DNA from: Octopus bimaculoides | Taxonomy: Eukaryota | NCBI RefSeq assembly: GCF_001194135.2 | Contig: NC_069008.1 | Location: 3,943,649 to 3,983,401, forward strand | DNA: 39,753 bases | Direction: 5' to 3' | Made by a program: the position numbers and the translations under genes | Shown: positions 21,776 to 32,974 of the stretch, in pieces | Numbering within the stretch: position 1 is the first letter of the stretch | Layout of the letters: the number at the start of each line of letters is the position of its first letter | The notes under the pieces: model-generated | What the model was told of the DNA's origin: nothing | Database searches by the model: none | The model's input: only the letters and a program-made list of their open reading frames with translations

Positions 21776-22028
21776 GAGGAATGGGCAGCAGAAATCCACG
21801 GGGTAGCAGAAATCCATGGGGCAGCAGAAATCCATGGGGCAGCAGAAATCCACAGGGCAGGGCGCTAACAGGTCTGTGATGCCTTTAGAAGTCCGGGGCC
21901 ACGCTTGCACAACACTGGAAGGATCAGCAAGCACATCTTTCCCAGCCTGAGAGGGGGCAGGATACCTCTAAATCACTTCTCATTATAGGGATCAGAGTTG
22001 ATGCAATAACTAAGCTCATTCCCCTGAA
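21772..22028 (+). pseudogene. 18S rRNA: Decayed 18S rRNA fragment (V7-V8 region)
   Basis: Collinear 18S motifs: CTTAGAGG (21772), exact TAACAGGTCTGTGATGCC (21866-21883), TTAGAAGTCCGGGGCC, ACACTG…GGATCAGC, TAGGGATC and ATTCCCCTGAA (to 22028). No other rDNA is visible. Confidence 0.8.
21783..21860. repeat. 4.3 copies of an 18-bp unit GGGCAGCAGAAATCCAYG
   Basis: Units at 21783, 21801, 21819 and 21837, plus GGGCAG at 21855. Confidence 0.95.
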
Positions 22029-23326
22029 ATTACAGGCCTTGAGTCAAAATCTGAAACAAGTATTAGCTTTGACCTAATGATGGTAACATTGCCGCAGAAA
22101 ACACCTAATTACTTGGATAATTGGCAGGCCCATTCATCCCTGGGCCAGTGCTTATCAACAAAAGACGAGAAGAGCTTTACTGCCTTATTTCATCGAACCT
22201 GAATAAGTGAAAAGAGTCAATAAAATGAAGAAAAGGGCACATATTAAATACCATACGCATATTTTCCAGTGCTCTACCAAATACCTTTCTTTTCCTTCTT
22301 ACTTTACAGCAGATTGTTTTTAATCACTGTACCATGAAAGGATTCTTAATATGTGCTGTGAAGTTTTTTGAGGCAATCCAAAGAAAATAGCACAATATCT
22401 AGAAAGAAGTCTGAGTGTCTTTTTATAATCTGTACCAATACAAGTGTTTTCTTTTGTAGTAAAATGCAATGTATACATTCGTCTTCACTGTAAAATTATT
22501 TTAATACCTGTTTATATATATATTAGACTACCCATGATCCATTTGGTCACCAATGGTTCAAGGTACCCGAAAAAAAAACCACGTATCTCGAGAACCCATA
22601 GTCCGATTCATGCAAAACTTGTTTTATTCTGTTTGTACTCACATCTCAATGGTACCTTACTTTCAAAGCATTTTTCCCATCATGCACCAGTTTGGTTATT
22701 TATAAAGGTATCCTGTAAAAAATGCGTATCCAAGACAACAAATCATTCAGTTTGAGAACTGAACCCACAATCTAATAATCATGGGCCTTAGTCTCAAACC
22801 ACTATACAGATGGGGCCTATAAAAGAGGGAAAGAAAGAGGAGTATACAAGCAGTAAGTACATTTGTACTGGTGTCCTGGAAAGCCAAGAAACTAATCCCT
22901 TAACATAAAAAAACCCTTCATAACCCTACTGCTTGGTTTTAGGGAGGACCCTACCACTAGGGCCACTACACAGATAGGGCCTTAAAACCAGTTTATAAGT
23001 GCTGAGCTCTAAAAAGCCACGGAAGTGATTGTGAATATCTGACTGATTCCTTAAGAAAGAGAGAGAGAGAGACAAAGCGAGAGAAAAAAACCCTTATTCC
23101 TGACCCACCATCCCTTGGTCGTCTATTGTGGAGACTTGTTGTGGAAGGATTCTGACCACTCCCCAAGTGACTAAAGATGGATTGACTCATAAAGAACTGT
23201 AAACGACTGGCAGATCGGATTTGGTAAGCAGAACACTTTGAGCCGTTGATTGAGAGCATTGAGTCTCGTGTAATAGTGATCGTGTCACGCTGTATAAATA
23301 CTTACTTTCCCCCACTGCTTCGTTAA

Positions 23327-23620
23327 CCCATCACCTACCAGTGATCTCATATGAGATCACTTAAAATTTACAAACTTCGTAATTATCTGTCAATATTTAC
23401 ACATATCTAACCTTTTTGCTATATCTACTAGGTATATTTCTCTGATATTCAAATGAGGTTTGCTAATTTTTCACCCAATATCTCGTTTATTTCTATTTAA
23501 AATGTTATTTTGAAATGTTATTTTGATCATTTCAGCGTGTTTCTAAGGCTGTTTTATGCTAGAAATCAAAGTTTCATAATAAAAAAAATTCCAGTTAATA
23601 GAATTATTGGAGGTAATGGG
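23327..23620. mobile_element. piggyBac-type MITE with a TTAA duplication and a subterminal 22-bp perfect palindrome
   Basis: TTAA (23323-23326) CCCATCACCTAC … GGAGGTAATGGG TTAA (23621-23624). Palindrome AGTGATCTCATATGAGATCACT at 23340-23361. Confidence 0.75.
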
Positions 23621-24789
23621 TTAAATTATACATCTAACACCAAGATATAAAAAGACCCTACTGCTAGGATCCCTCAAAAGTGGTCTTGTTACTCCTCGCA
23701 AACATTAAGAAAAGAAATTTCTCTGTGAGGTTTTAGTTGTGGATTGAAAACCAGTTGAAAAGTCAGTGTGTATAGGACTAGTCAAACGAACTTCGTTTAA
23801 GTTATTGAATATCAGTCGATTGTTAAGTTGTAGCAGTGACAGCAGTAAAGTACATATCAATTGATGTCTAAGTATATAACAATTTCAATTCTATTGCTGT
23901 TGCTGTTAATGTTTGTGACTTGCTGGGTTTTTCTGCTTTCCTTTCTTTTCTTTTCTTTTTGTTTATTTTACTTTTCTAACATTTTACCCACAAACCCATA
24001 TATACACACACAGACATACACACACAGACACACACACACAGACACACACACAGACACACACTTTATATATCTATATAGTAAATATTAAGTTTTCACCGTA
24101 TGTATTGACAATAGATCTAATAGTCTGATATTGGGAACATATAAACCTACAACAGAAAAAAATGGGGCATTAGAAGTATATGTGGGAATCGTATAGACTT
24201 TATATACAATTCACCTCGCAAAAATAATATCAAAGGGAGGCTTTCCCAGGGCATGAAAATATAACTTGATCTCACAGCTAGGCAAGGTGGCATAAACGAT
24301 TTCACATAAATGTGACACCATAGAAACACACTCACATACATTAACTTGGCCATAGCAAACTGGCAGAGTTGTTAGACTGTTCAGGATACAATACCTTCTA
24401 AGTATTTAAGTTCGAATCCAGCCGCAGTCAAATCTGCCGTTCGTCCTTTCTAAGTTGGTGGAGCAGTGGAATTAAAGCGCAGGGCATGGTACCTTGTAGT
24501 ACCTGTTGTGGACCTTTTGCATTCTGACAGCAATGTCTGTTACAAACACCATGACCCCTACCTGGCTATCTACCCCCACCATGTCAACCATGGACAAAAA
24601 AAAAAAAAAAAAAAAAAAATCAAACGCTTGTTTCCAGAATTCCGGCTCCTGCATTGCTTATAGTAGGGTCACTCTTCAGCTGACCAGAGTCTCCGACCTG
24701 TTGATAAATGTCCTGGCAAGATGAGCCTAAGGTCCCTTTCGTGTGTTGATACCCATATCAGCCATTTGACTCACTATTTCACCTTTGTT

Positions 24790-24930
24790 ATGAAAGCCAT
24801 GTCCATAGAATTTCAGTCTTCTTTTTCTTTAATCTGTGGAGGTACCTCTTAGGAAATTACCATGACCCTGGCACCAATCAAGTATTAGGGCCATAGTCTT
24901 GACTGATACCTTTCCCTCAAATTGTTGTCT
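24790..24930 (-). mobile_element. Heavily decayed non-LTR (RTE-like) ORF C-terminal fragment
   Basis: Minus-strand motifs YGP…GSW… and RKRRLKFYGH, with frameshifts and stops. Confidence 0.5.
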
Positions 24931-24959
24931 TTGCACTTAAATTTCTTGTCTTGCAAGTT

Positions 24960-25257
24960 ACTTGGTGACCCTGCAGGTGCTGGTGCCAGTCCACACTGTG
25001 AAGTGGTTGGCATTTGGAAGGGCATCCAGTTGTAAAAAGCCACACCAAAACTGACCTTGCTCGTGCTGGTGCCACATAAAAAGCTCTCAGTCCACTCTAC
25101 AAGGTGGTTGGTGTTAGGAAGAGCGTCCAGCCATAAAAACCATGTCAAAACAGACACAGTAGCCTGATGTAGTCTTCAACCTGGCCGGCTCCTGTCAAAC
25201 CATCCAACCCATACCAGCATGGAAGATGGATGTTAAAGGATGATGATGAGGAGGAGA
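24960..25257 (+). mobile_element. Family D-related tail with the GGAAGGGCATCCAG block duplicated
   Basis: Blocks at about 25005-25035 and 25105-25140; ends GGATGTTAAAGGATGATGATG. Confidence 0.7.
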
Positions 25258-25285
25258 TTAACCACCGTGGCTTTCCCCCCATTCA

Positions 25286-25542
25286 CTATGTTAGCAGTGT
25301 GCTTTCGAGCAGCACGCTTAAATTCTTCATGCAGAATACATGCTCTTTCAAAGCTGTCGACCCCTCTCCTTAACCTGCTTCAGCGATGACAGGCATTGCT
25401 CTCCCAGTCGGTCCCCTGCATGTCACAAACCTTTAATGAGGACTTGATACAGTCCTTAAATTGCAGCCATGGTTTCTGCCGGGGTAGCTTTCCACTAACA
25501 AGTCCCCATATAGCATCCGTTTAGGGATCCTGCTATCCTTCA
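25286..25542 (-). mobile_element. RTE-BovB-like LINE ORF C-terminal fragment
   Basis: Minus strand KDSRIPKRMLYGDL [frameshift] VSGKLPRQKPWLQFKDCIKSSLKVCDMQGTDWESNACHR*…RGVDSFE, matching the RTE D-RIPK-LLYG-L…KD-LK-SLK…WE…G---FE pattern. Confidence 0.8.
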
Positions 25543-25565
25543 CTCTAATAACATACATACACTTA

Positions 25566-25958
25566 GGCGTGAATGTGTGGTATGAAGCTTGCTTCTCAAC
25601 CACATGGTTCTGGGTTCAATCCCTCTGCATGGCATCTTGGGCAAGTGTCTTCTACTATTGCCTCTGGCCAACCAAAGCCTTTGTGAGTGGATTTGGTAGA
25701 CAGAAACTGAAAGAAGCCTGTCGTATATATATGTATATATATGTGTGTGTTTGTGTGTCTGTTTGTCCCCCCAGTATCGCTTGACATCCGATGGTGGTGT
25801 GTTTACGTCCCCGTAACTTAGCAGTTCGGCAAAAAGAGACCAATAGAATAAGTATTAGGCTTACAAAGAATAAGCCCTGGGGTCGATTTGCTCAACTAAA
25901 GGCGGTGCCCCAGCATGGCCGCAGTCAAATGACTGAAACAAGTAAAAGTGTAAAAGAG
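25566..25958 (+). mobile_element. SINE family B, full length
   Basis: tRNA-like head, B-box-like GGGTTCAATCCC, CORE-like CTTGGGCAAGTGTCTT, (TA)(TG) linker and tail GACTGAAACAAGTAAAAG. Confidence 0.9.
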
Positions 25959-26769
25959 TATATATATATATATNNNNNNNNNNNNNNNNNNNNNNNNNNN
26001 NNNNNNNNNNNNNNNNNNNNNNNNNNNNNNNNNNNNNNNNNNNNNNNNNNNNNNNNNNNNNNNNNNNNNNNNNNNNNNNNNNNNNNNNNNNNNNNNNNNN
26101 NNNNNNNNNNNNNNNNNNNNNNNNNNNNNNNNNNNNNNNNNNNNNNNNNNNNNNNNNNNNNNNNNNNNNNNNNNNNNNNNNNNNNNNCTGCAAAACCTCT
26201 GTCCTACTTTCAAACTGAGCACATAATAAATGTTTGTTTATTAGACCTCTTTGTATGGGCCTTTTCTTTTCTTTTCTTCTCTTCTCTTTCTCCTCCTCCT
26301 TGTAAATTTGACAATGAAAATCAGAACTGCTTTGCTTTATTATAAAGGTAGGGTTGGTTTTTTTTTTTTTTTTGCTCTTTGTATATATATATATATATAT
26401 ATATATATTGTGATAGGCTGAATAAATTTATGCATGTAATAAGATAGACCAGCTGAGTTTTCAGTTTGTGGTGATTAACTAGTATGTATGTATATATGCA
26501 GACACATGTCATCAAATTAAATTACTTTTTTTTTCAAAAATAATTTGTATTTATCTACTCCTTTTATCTATTTATTTATTTATTTATTTATTCAAGTTTC
26601 TTTTTTTCTTTTTTTTTTTCCTTTCTTTTTCTAGACGTAGATGGCCTGGTGTTTCACAAGTGAAGTATAATGCATTTCGCAACCATGGTTCAATTCTGCT
26701 GCACAGCACCTTTCGTTTAATTTACTTACTTTTAATTAATTGTGAAGTTACGTGGTTCAATGGTTAGAG

Positions 26770-26940
26770 CGCCGGTGTGACTGTGTGTGGTAAGAAGCTT
26801 GTTTCCTGACCACATGGTTCCAGGTTCAGTCCCACTGTGCGGCACCTTGGGCAAATGTCTTCTACTATAGCCTCAGGCCAACCAAAGCCTTTTGAGTGGA
26901 TTTGGTAGATGGAAACTGAAAGAAGCCTCTTATATATATA
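26770..26940 (+). mobile_element. SINE family B head half
   Basis: Same as 25566-25730; ends in the (TA)n linker. Confidence 0.85.
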
Positions 26941-27999
26941 CATGCGCAGACATACAAACATAAGACAATTGAGTGCGATTTGAGGGAGATTTGGCTGCTG
27001 TTTCTACCAGGTTTAGCTACCTGGCAGTGATTTCTGTCAAGTTTAGATACCACATAGAGGTCTCTCTCATTGACTCATACATACATATAATACATAAATA
27101 AGACTGTAAGGTGTGATTTGAGGGAGGTTTGGCTCCTATTTCTAGCTGGTTGACTGATCATACAGGGAGTTCCCTTGGTCCATTTTCAAGTACCACAAAT
27201 CAGAGTGATATTGACAAAATATATCTTCTACCAAAATACAGAGGTGGGCAGGGGAAGAGGAGGAGTAGGAGGAAGGAGAAGAAGGAGTAGTAGATGAAGT
27301 GGGGGGGGGGGAGAGAAGGAGGAGGGAAGAGAAGGGAAATTGGGTAAAGGGGAAAAAAAAAACAAGAAAATAAAAAGAAAAAAAAATTCTGGATATAGAA
27401 TTAAAAGTAAATAAAAACAAAAAATATATCCAAAATCAGAATAAATAAACCCAAACTGATAAGATCAAGTATTCAAGGTATCTAATCTTATAATACGGAG
27501 TGTGTGTGTATATGTGAGTAAATATACATACATACATACATACATATATATATATATATACACACACATACATCTATATATACATACATAGACACACACA
27601 CATATATATATATACATATATAGACACATATATATAGACACATACATATATATATATATACATACATATATACTAGGAACATGACATCTAGCTGGGTAAA
27701 ATAAGCAATGCCTACTCGGGATAAAACTACAAACGGTAATCATTAAATATACATGGTACATGATTTCCAATGCATTAATAATATAAATTCTGCTATGCTC
27801 TGAGTAACCTAACTCTACAATTATAGAAAGAAATCCAAAAGCAATCCATTAAAACAAATCATCATCATCGTTTTAATATCTGCTTTGTGAGCATGCAGGA
27901 GTTGAAAAGAGCTTACTGAGGCAAAAATTATCTACGGCCGGATGCTCTTCCTGTTGCTAACCCTTGCTCGTTTCCAAGCAAAGTAATATTTACCTTCCC

Positions 28000-28217
28000 C
28001 GTTGCCAGTACCCCCTGACTGGCCCTCGTGCCGGTGGCACGTAAAAGCACCCACTACACTCTCGGAGTGGTTGGCGTTAGGAAGGGCATCCAGCTGTAGA
28101 AACTCTGCCAGATCAGATTGGAGCCTGGTGCAGCCATCTGGTTCGCCAGTCCCCAGTCAAATCGTCCAACCCATGCTAGCATGGAAAGCAGACGTTAAGC
28201 GATGATGATGATGATGA
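28000..28217 (+). mobile_element. Family D, least-diverged copy, with (GAT)n tail
   Basis: …GGTGGCACGTAAAAGCACCCACTACACTCTCGGAGTGGTTGGCGTTAGGAAGGGCATCCAGC…GACGTTAAGCGATGATGATGATGAT. Confidence 0.85.
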
Positions 28218-28807
28218 TATGTCTGTATGAGTCAGAGGTTAAGCAACCATCTGAGGAATAATAAATATCCATAAATATCTAATATACTACTGGATGTATA
28301 CCTAGGTATTTGTATCCTCTCCATTTTCTTATTTGCCTTATACTGGGCTCCTTTTCAGTCTCCATCAACCAAATCCATTCACCAGCTTACCAAAAGTTAG
28401 CATGCAATGGGATTGAACCAGAGACCACAAGGTACAGAAACAAACACCCTAGCACACAGTTACACCTGTACCTATATGTATTCTGATGTTCATAGTTAAC
28501 GATGATGATGTTGGGCCAGAGATCAGGCCCAACCCTAAATATCTCATATAGTCTTGGTGTCACGCAGAGACAACAGCCATTGTCATTTGTTCTGCTCCCA
28601 CTGATGATTAAATATAGCTGATGGCAGCTCCTCTCAAGCAAGCATGAAATTGCTTGATATATGTCAAAACTTTTAAACCCTTTCAACAAGAACTAAGCAT
28701 GCTCGCCCCCGGCCCACCTGTACTATAAAAGTGTTAGATATCTGTATTGAAATCTCAAATTAAAAATCTCATTATGATATGAGATTTCAGTCAGTCCACA
28801 ACAGCAT

Positions 28808-28850
<43 letters not shown>

Positions 28851-29588
28851 AGAACTTTTAAATTTATAAATTTATAAGAACTTTTAAATAAGTTCTTCAC
28901 CGATAATGGTGTTTACATACTGAAGGGCTTGGTAAAAATTATTAATTATTAATAAATTAATATTCCTTTACCCTTTTATTTATATATACNNNNNNNNNNN
29001 NNNNNNNNNNNNNNNNNNNNNNNNNNNNNNNNNNNNNNNNNNNNNNNNNNNNNNNNNNNNNNNNNNNNNNNNNNNNNNTATATATATATCCAGTAATTTT
29101 TGTTAGCTTATTTTGTTTTCGTCTTCACTCTTTGTGCTATATGAACATTTTATTGTGGTTTAGAGTCAAGATTTGGCTGCTATTTTTCAGCGTGGCGGTA
29201 TCTCTTAGATACCCTATATTATAATTTTAAATAATTTTAAAATTTAATGGCTTTTATTCCCATGCTGGCCACTTGATAAGATCGATATTTTTATATATCG
29301 ATCTTATCCTTGTTTCACATATATATATATGTATATACACAGACACACATTCACAAATACACATATATACATATAAATACATACACATATACATACATAT
29401 ATATGCCAACAGGTGAGTCTTTATGTGGTTACTCAATCTGCTGGAAATAGCAACTCTGCCAGCATACCTCTCATTGCAGCTACACCCCAACAAGGACTGG
29501 GCCTTGTGATGGTCACTTAGTAACTACTAATAAACATTTTCTCTGTGTTTAGCTTGACAGGTTTGGCAAGACCCGCCCCCCCCAATCT

Positions 29589-29872
29589 CTGCCAAGCTTT
29601 TGGTGTATACTGAAACCAGCCACGGAACTTAATAGCAGATCATCAGCCCGGTAATTCTGGTGCTGTAGATGTCCATTTTACCATTTTATTCAGTTGCCAT
29701 GTAATAATGCAATAACAAAATAAATCCTATGCTTGTGTTGTTAGAAGTAGTTTCGTGATGGGTACATGATCATACTCTCTAGCGTTTCGATTTGTTTGAA
29801 TACGTTGATAGTCACAAATGGTTCAAATTCCTCACACAGATCCAGCAGAAGTTCTTCGTTTTGATTTGTAGC
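29589..29872 (-). mobile_element. RTE-BovB-like LINE, APE endonuclease-domain fragment
   Basis: Minus strand ATNQNEELLLDLCEEFEPFVTINVFKQ…, then IITWQLNKM / DIYSTR and LSSVAGFSIHQK, matching RTE N-NG-LLL--C-E--L--TNT-F-Q…DYII-RQRD--D---TR. Confidence 0.7.
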
Positions 29873-29982
29873 AGACAACGAATACCAAGTTTATTCTGTA
29901 GGCAAATTCTATAGCTTTTTACCTATCACTGCAATGAGCTCTCCTGTTTACAGCAATTTGCATTAATATCTATTTCTAACGA

Positions 29983-30712
29983 GGAGGCGCAATGGCTCAG
30001 TGGTTAGGCCAGCGGACTCGCGGTCATAGAATCGTGGTTTCGATTCCCAGACTGGGCGTTGTGAGTGTTTATTGAGCGCAAACACCTAAAGCTCCACGAG
30101 GCTCCGGTAGGGGATGGTGACGAACCCTACTGTATTCTTCCACCACAACTTTCTCTCACTCTTACTTCCTGTTTCTGTTGTGCCTGTAATTCAAAGGGTC
30201 AGCCTTGTCACACTGTGTCACGCTAAATATCCCCGAGAACTACGTTAAGGGTACACGTGTCTGTGGAGTGCTCAGCCACTTGCACGTTAATTTCACGAGC
30301 AGGCTGTTCCATTGATCGGATCGACTGGAACCCTCGACGTCGTAAGCGACGGAATGNNNNNNNNNNGTCATAGAATCGTGGTTTCGATTCCCAGACTGGG
30401 CGTTGTGAGTGTTTATTGAGCGCAAACACCTAAAGCTCCACGAGGCTCCGGTAGGGGATGGTGACGAACCCTACTGTATTCTTCCACCACAACTTTCTCT
30501 CACTCTTACTTCCTGTTTCTGTTGTGCCTGTAATTCAAAGGGTCAGCCTTGTCACACTGTGTCACGCTAAATATCCCCGAGAACTACGTTAAGGGTACAC
30601 GTGTCTGTGGAGTGCTCAGCCACTTGCACGTTAATTTCACGAGCAGGCTGTTCCATTGATCGGATCGACTGGAACCCTCGACGTCGTAAGCGACGGAATG
30701 CCAACAACAACA
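29983..30712 (+). mobile_element. SINE family A, full length, with 334 bp assembled twice across a 10-N gap
   Basis: 30023-30356 appears identical to 30367-30700. Single head at 29983 and single (CAA)n tail ending at 30712. Confidence 0.9.
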
Positions 30713-30724
30713 ATTAACATATAC

Positions 30725-31033
30725 ACCTGCCACTTAGAAAGCATCCTGTCAACACTGTAGAGTGGTTAGTGTCTGGAAGAGCATCCAGCTGCAAAGACCA
30801 TGCCAAAACTGACCTTGCTTGTGCTCGTACCTCATAAAATGCACTTGGCCCACTCTGCGGGGTGACTGACATTAGGAAGGGCATCCAGCCATAAAAAACT
30901 ATGCTAAAACAGACACAAAAGTACGGTGCAGGCTTCTGCCTGACCAACTCCTGTCAAACCGTCCAACCCATGCCAGCAAGGAAGGAAGACGTTAAACAAT
31001 GATAGTGATGATGATGATGATGATGATGATAAT
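30725..31033 (+). mobile_element. Family D-related tail with a duplicated GGAAGGGCATCCAG block and a (GAT)n end
   Basis: Same layout as 24960-25257. Confidence 0.75.
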
Positions 31034-31279
31034 AATGACCTGTATGAATAATATAAAGCGTATGCACTTATGTGTACACATACGTACACACACATGAATC
31101 TTAATGTGCAGTTTACGCACAAATATGTGTGTGTGCATGTGCATGTGTACTTTAACAAACATATGCATCTGCACGTGAATCTAGATATACACACACACAC
31201 ACACGTATGCACATGAATAATATAGAGTGTGTGCACTTATGTGTTTACATAATATACATACATACATGAATCTCGATAT

Positions 31280-31315
<36 letters not shown>

Positions 31316-31650
31316 CTACATATATAAATGCGTGTGTGGTGTTTGTGTGATCATCACTTTTACGTCAGCACGAAAAGGCTAACATAAAATTATGAACACG
31401 CACACATATGCACGTGTGCAGACACACACACACACATTACATTATTCCTCCATTGCATCAATTGAGATCGTGAATTCTAGTCGTCAGTGACGGCAGCGGT
31501 GAAGAATTGAATGAATGACATTCCAATGAATTCGTTTCATTTACGGCCGGCTTTCAACATAAAAATTGTTATTCAAACATAATAAATAAAGAGTCTGTGT
31601 TTAAGAAGAAATTCAAAGTTCCTTGTGCCCCTTAGGATTATTATTATTAA

Positions 31651-31684
<34 letters not shown>

Positions 31685-31685
31685 G

Positions 31686-31959
31686 TTCAGTAGTTTTATT
31701 TTTATAACGTGCTTTCCCTTCACTACCGAGCGCAGCTCTGTGCGCCTTGGGTATGTGCTGTGGTTTGCTGTAATGCTCTTATGGTTACTGTATTGAAAGT
31801 GTTTTGCGTAGGATGTATGCAGTGCCCCAGTAGTGCAATTTTCTCTATGTTGTATATATTTGTAAGTCCTGGTGTTTTTGTTATGCATTTGTCTGAATAT
31901 TTTTTTATTATACCTAAGGCACCTACTATGATAGGAATTGCTTCTGTTTTTAGATTCCA
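31686..31959 (-). mobile_element. R4/Dong-like non-LTR retrotransposon 3' end (restriction-like endonuclease C-terminus plus UTR) within (TAA)n
   Basis: Minus strand from 31959: WNLKTEAIPIIVGALGIIKKYSDKCITKTPGLTNIYNIEKIALLG [+1] TAYILRKTLSIQ* (stop at 31785-31787). (TAA)n lies at 31637-31685 and TAATAA at the 5' junction (31960-31965). Confidence 0.75.
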
Positions 31960-31966
31960 TTATTAA

Positions 31967-32165
31967 GGTGGTGAGCTAGCAGAACTGTTAGCATGCTGGG
32001 CGAAATGCTAAAATGGTATTTCACCTGTCACTACTTTCAGAGTTCAAATTCCGCTAAGGTCAACTTTGCCCTTTATCCTTTCGGGGTCGATAAATTAATA
32101 CCGATGTGATCGATTGTCCCCCTCTCGCCAAAAATCCAGGCCCTGTACCTATAGTAGAAAGGATT
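31967..32165 (+). mobile_element. SINE family C (tRNA-like head GGTGGTGAGCTAGCAG; TTTATCCTTTCGGGGTCGATAAA central block)
   Basis: A-box- and B-box-like motifs (GAGTTCAAATTCC). Decayed relatives near 5480-5540 and 24355-24460. Confidence 0.75.
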
Positions 32166-32310
32166 TCAGTTTCAGTTTCCGCCTACCAAATCCCCTCACA
32201 AGGCTTTGGTCAACCTAAGGCTATAGTAGAAGACACCTGCCCAAGTGCCATGCAGTAGGACTGAACCTGGAACCATGAGGTTGGGAAGCAAGCTTCTTAC
32301 CACACAGCCA
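32166..32310 (-). mobile_element. SINE family B head half
   Basis: Reverse complement of the family B head. Confidence 0.8.
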
Positions 32311-32448
32311 CATATGAGCCAACATAGGAAGCTATTACATGGTAACTAGACCTGACAGAAAGAGCAGCCAAATTTCCTTCAGATCATGCTCTACTGTCTT
32401 AAAAAAAGGGAACGTGTTGAATAATGTGTTCCTGTATTACCTGCACAT

Positions 32449-32974
32449 TCTTTTATTCTTTTATTTGTTTCAGTCACTTGACTGTGGCCATGCTGGAGCA
32501 CTGCCTTTAGTTGAGCAAAGTGACTCCAGGATTTATTCTTTGTAAGCCTAGTATTTATTCTATCGGCTCTTTTTGCCAAATTGCTAAGTTACAGGGACGT
32601 AAACTCACCAGCATCGATTGTCATGCATGTTGGGGAGACAAGGACAGACACACAAACATATACACACATACAAACATATACACATACATACATATAATAA
32701 CATACATAATATATAAACATATGCATATATCCATACATATATGTACATACCGACATCTACATGTATGCATACAAGCATATATGGGTACAGGACATCACAA
32801 AAAACGTTAAACACAATGAGAAACGAAAGACGGGCTTCTTTCAGTTTCCATGTACCAAATCCACTCACAAGGCTCTGATCAGCCTAAGACTATAGTAAAA
32901 GACACCTGCCCAAGGGACTGAACCTGGAACCATGTGGTTGGTAAGCAAGCTACTTACCACACAGCCACTCCTGC
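32449..32974 (-). mobile_element. SINE family B with an expanded linker carrying a foreign fragment (32783-32828)
   Basis: Tail half 32449-32650 and head half 32829-32974. The insert GGGTACAGGACATCACAAAAAACGT resembles the reverse complement of 16615-16646. Confidence 0.8.

Noticed and set aside
21783-21860. CRISPR-like array
   Set aside because: Contiguous tandem units with no unique spacers, in eukaryotic DNA with no cas genes.
28495-28612. Box C/D snoRNA candidate (ATGATGA at about 28502, CTGA at about 28602, internal GTTGGGCC/GGCCCAAC hairpin)
   Set aside because: GATGATGAT runs are common in this window, the terminal stem is only TTAA, and I could not match a guide to rRNA or snRNA. 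A snoscan/Infernal run would settle it.
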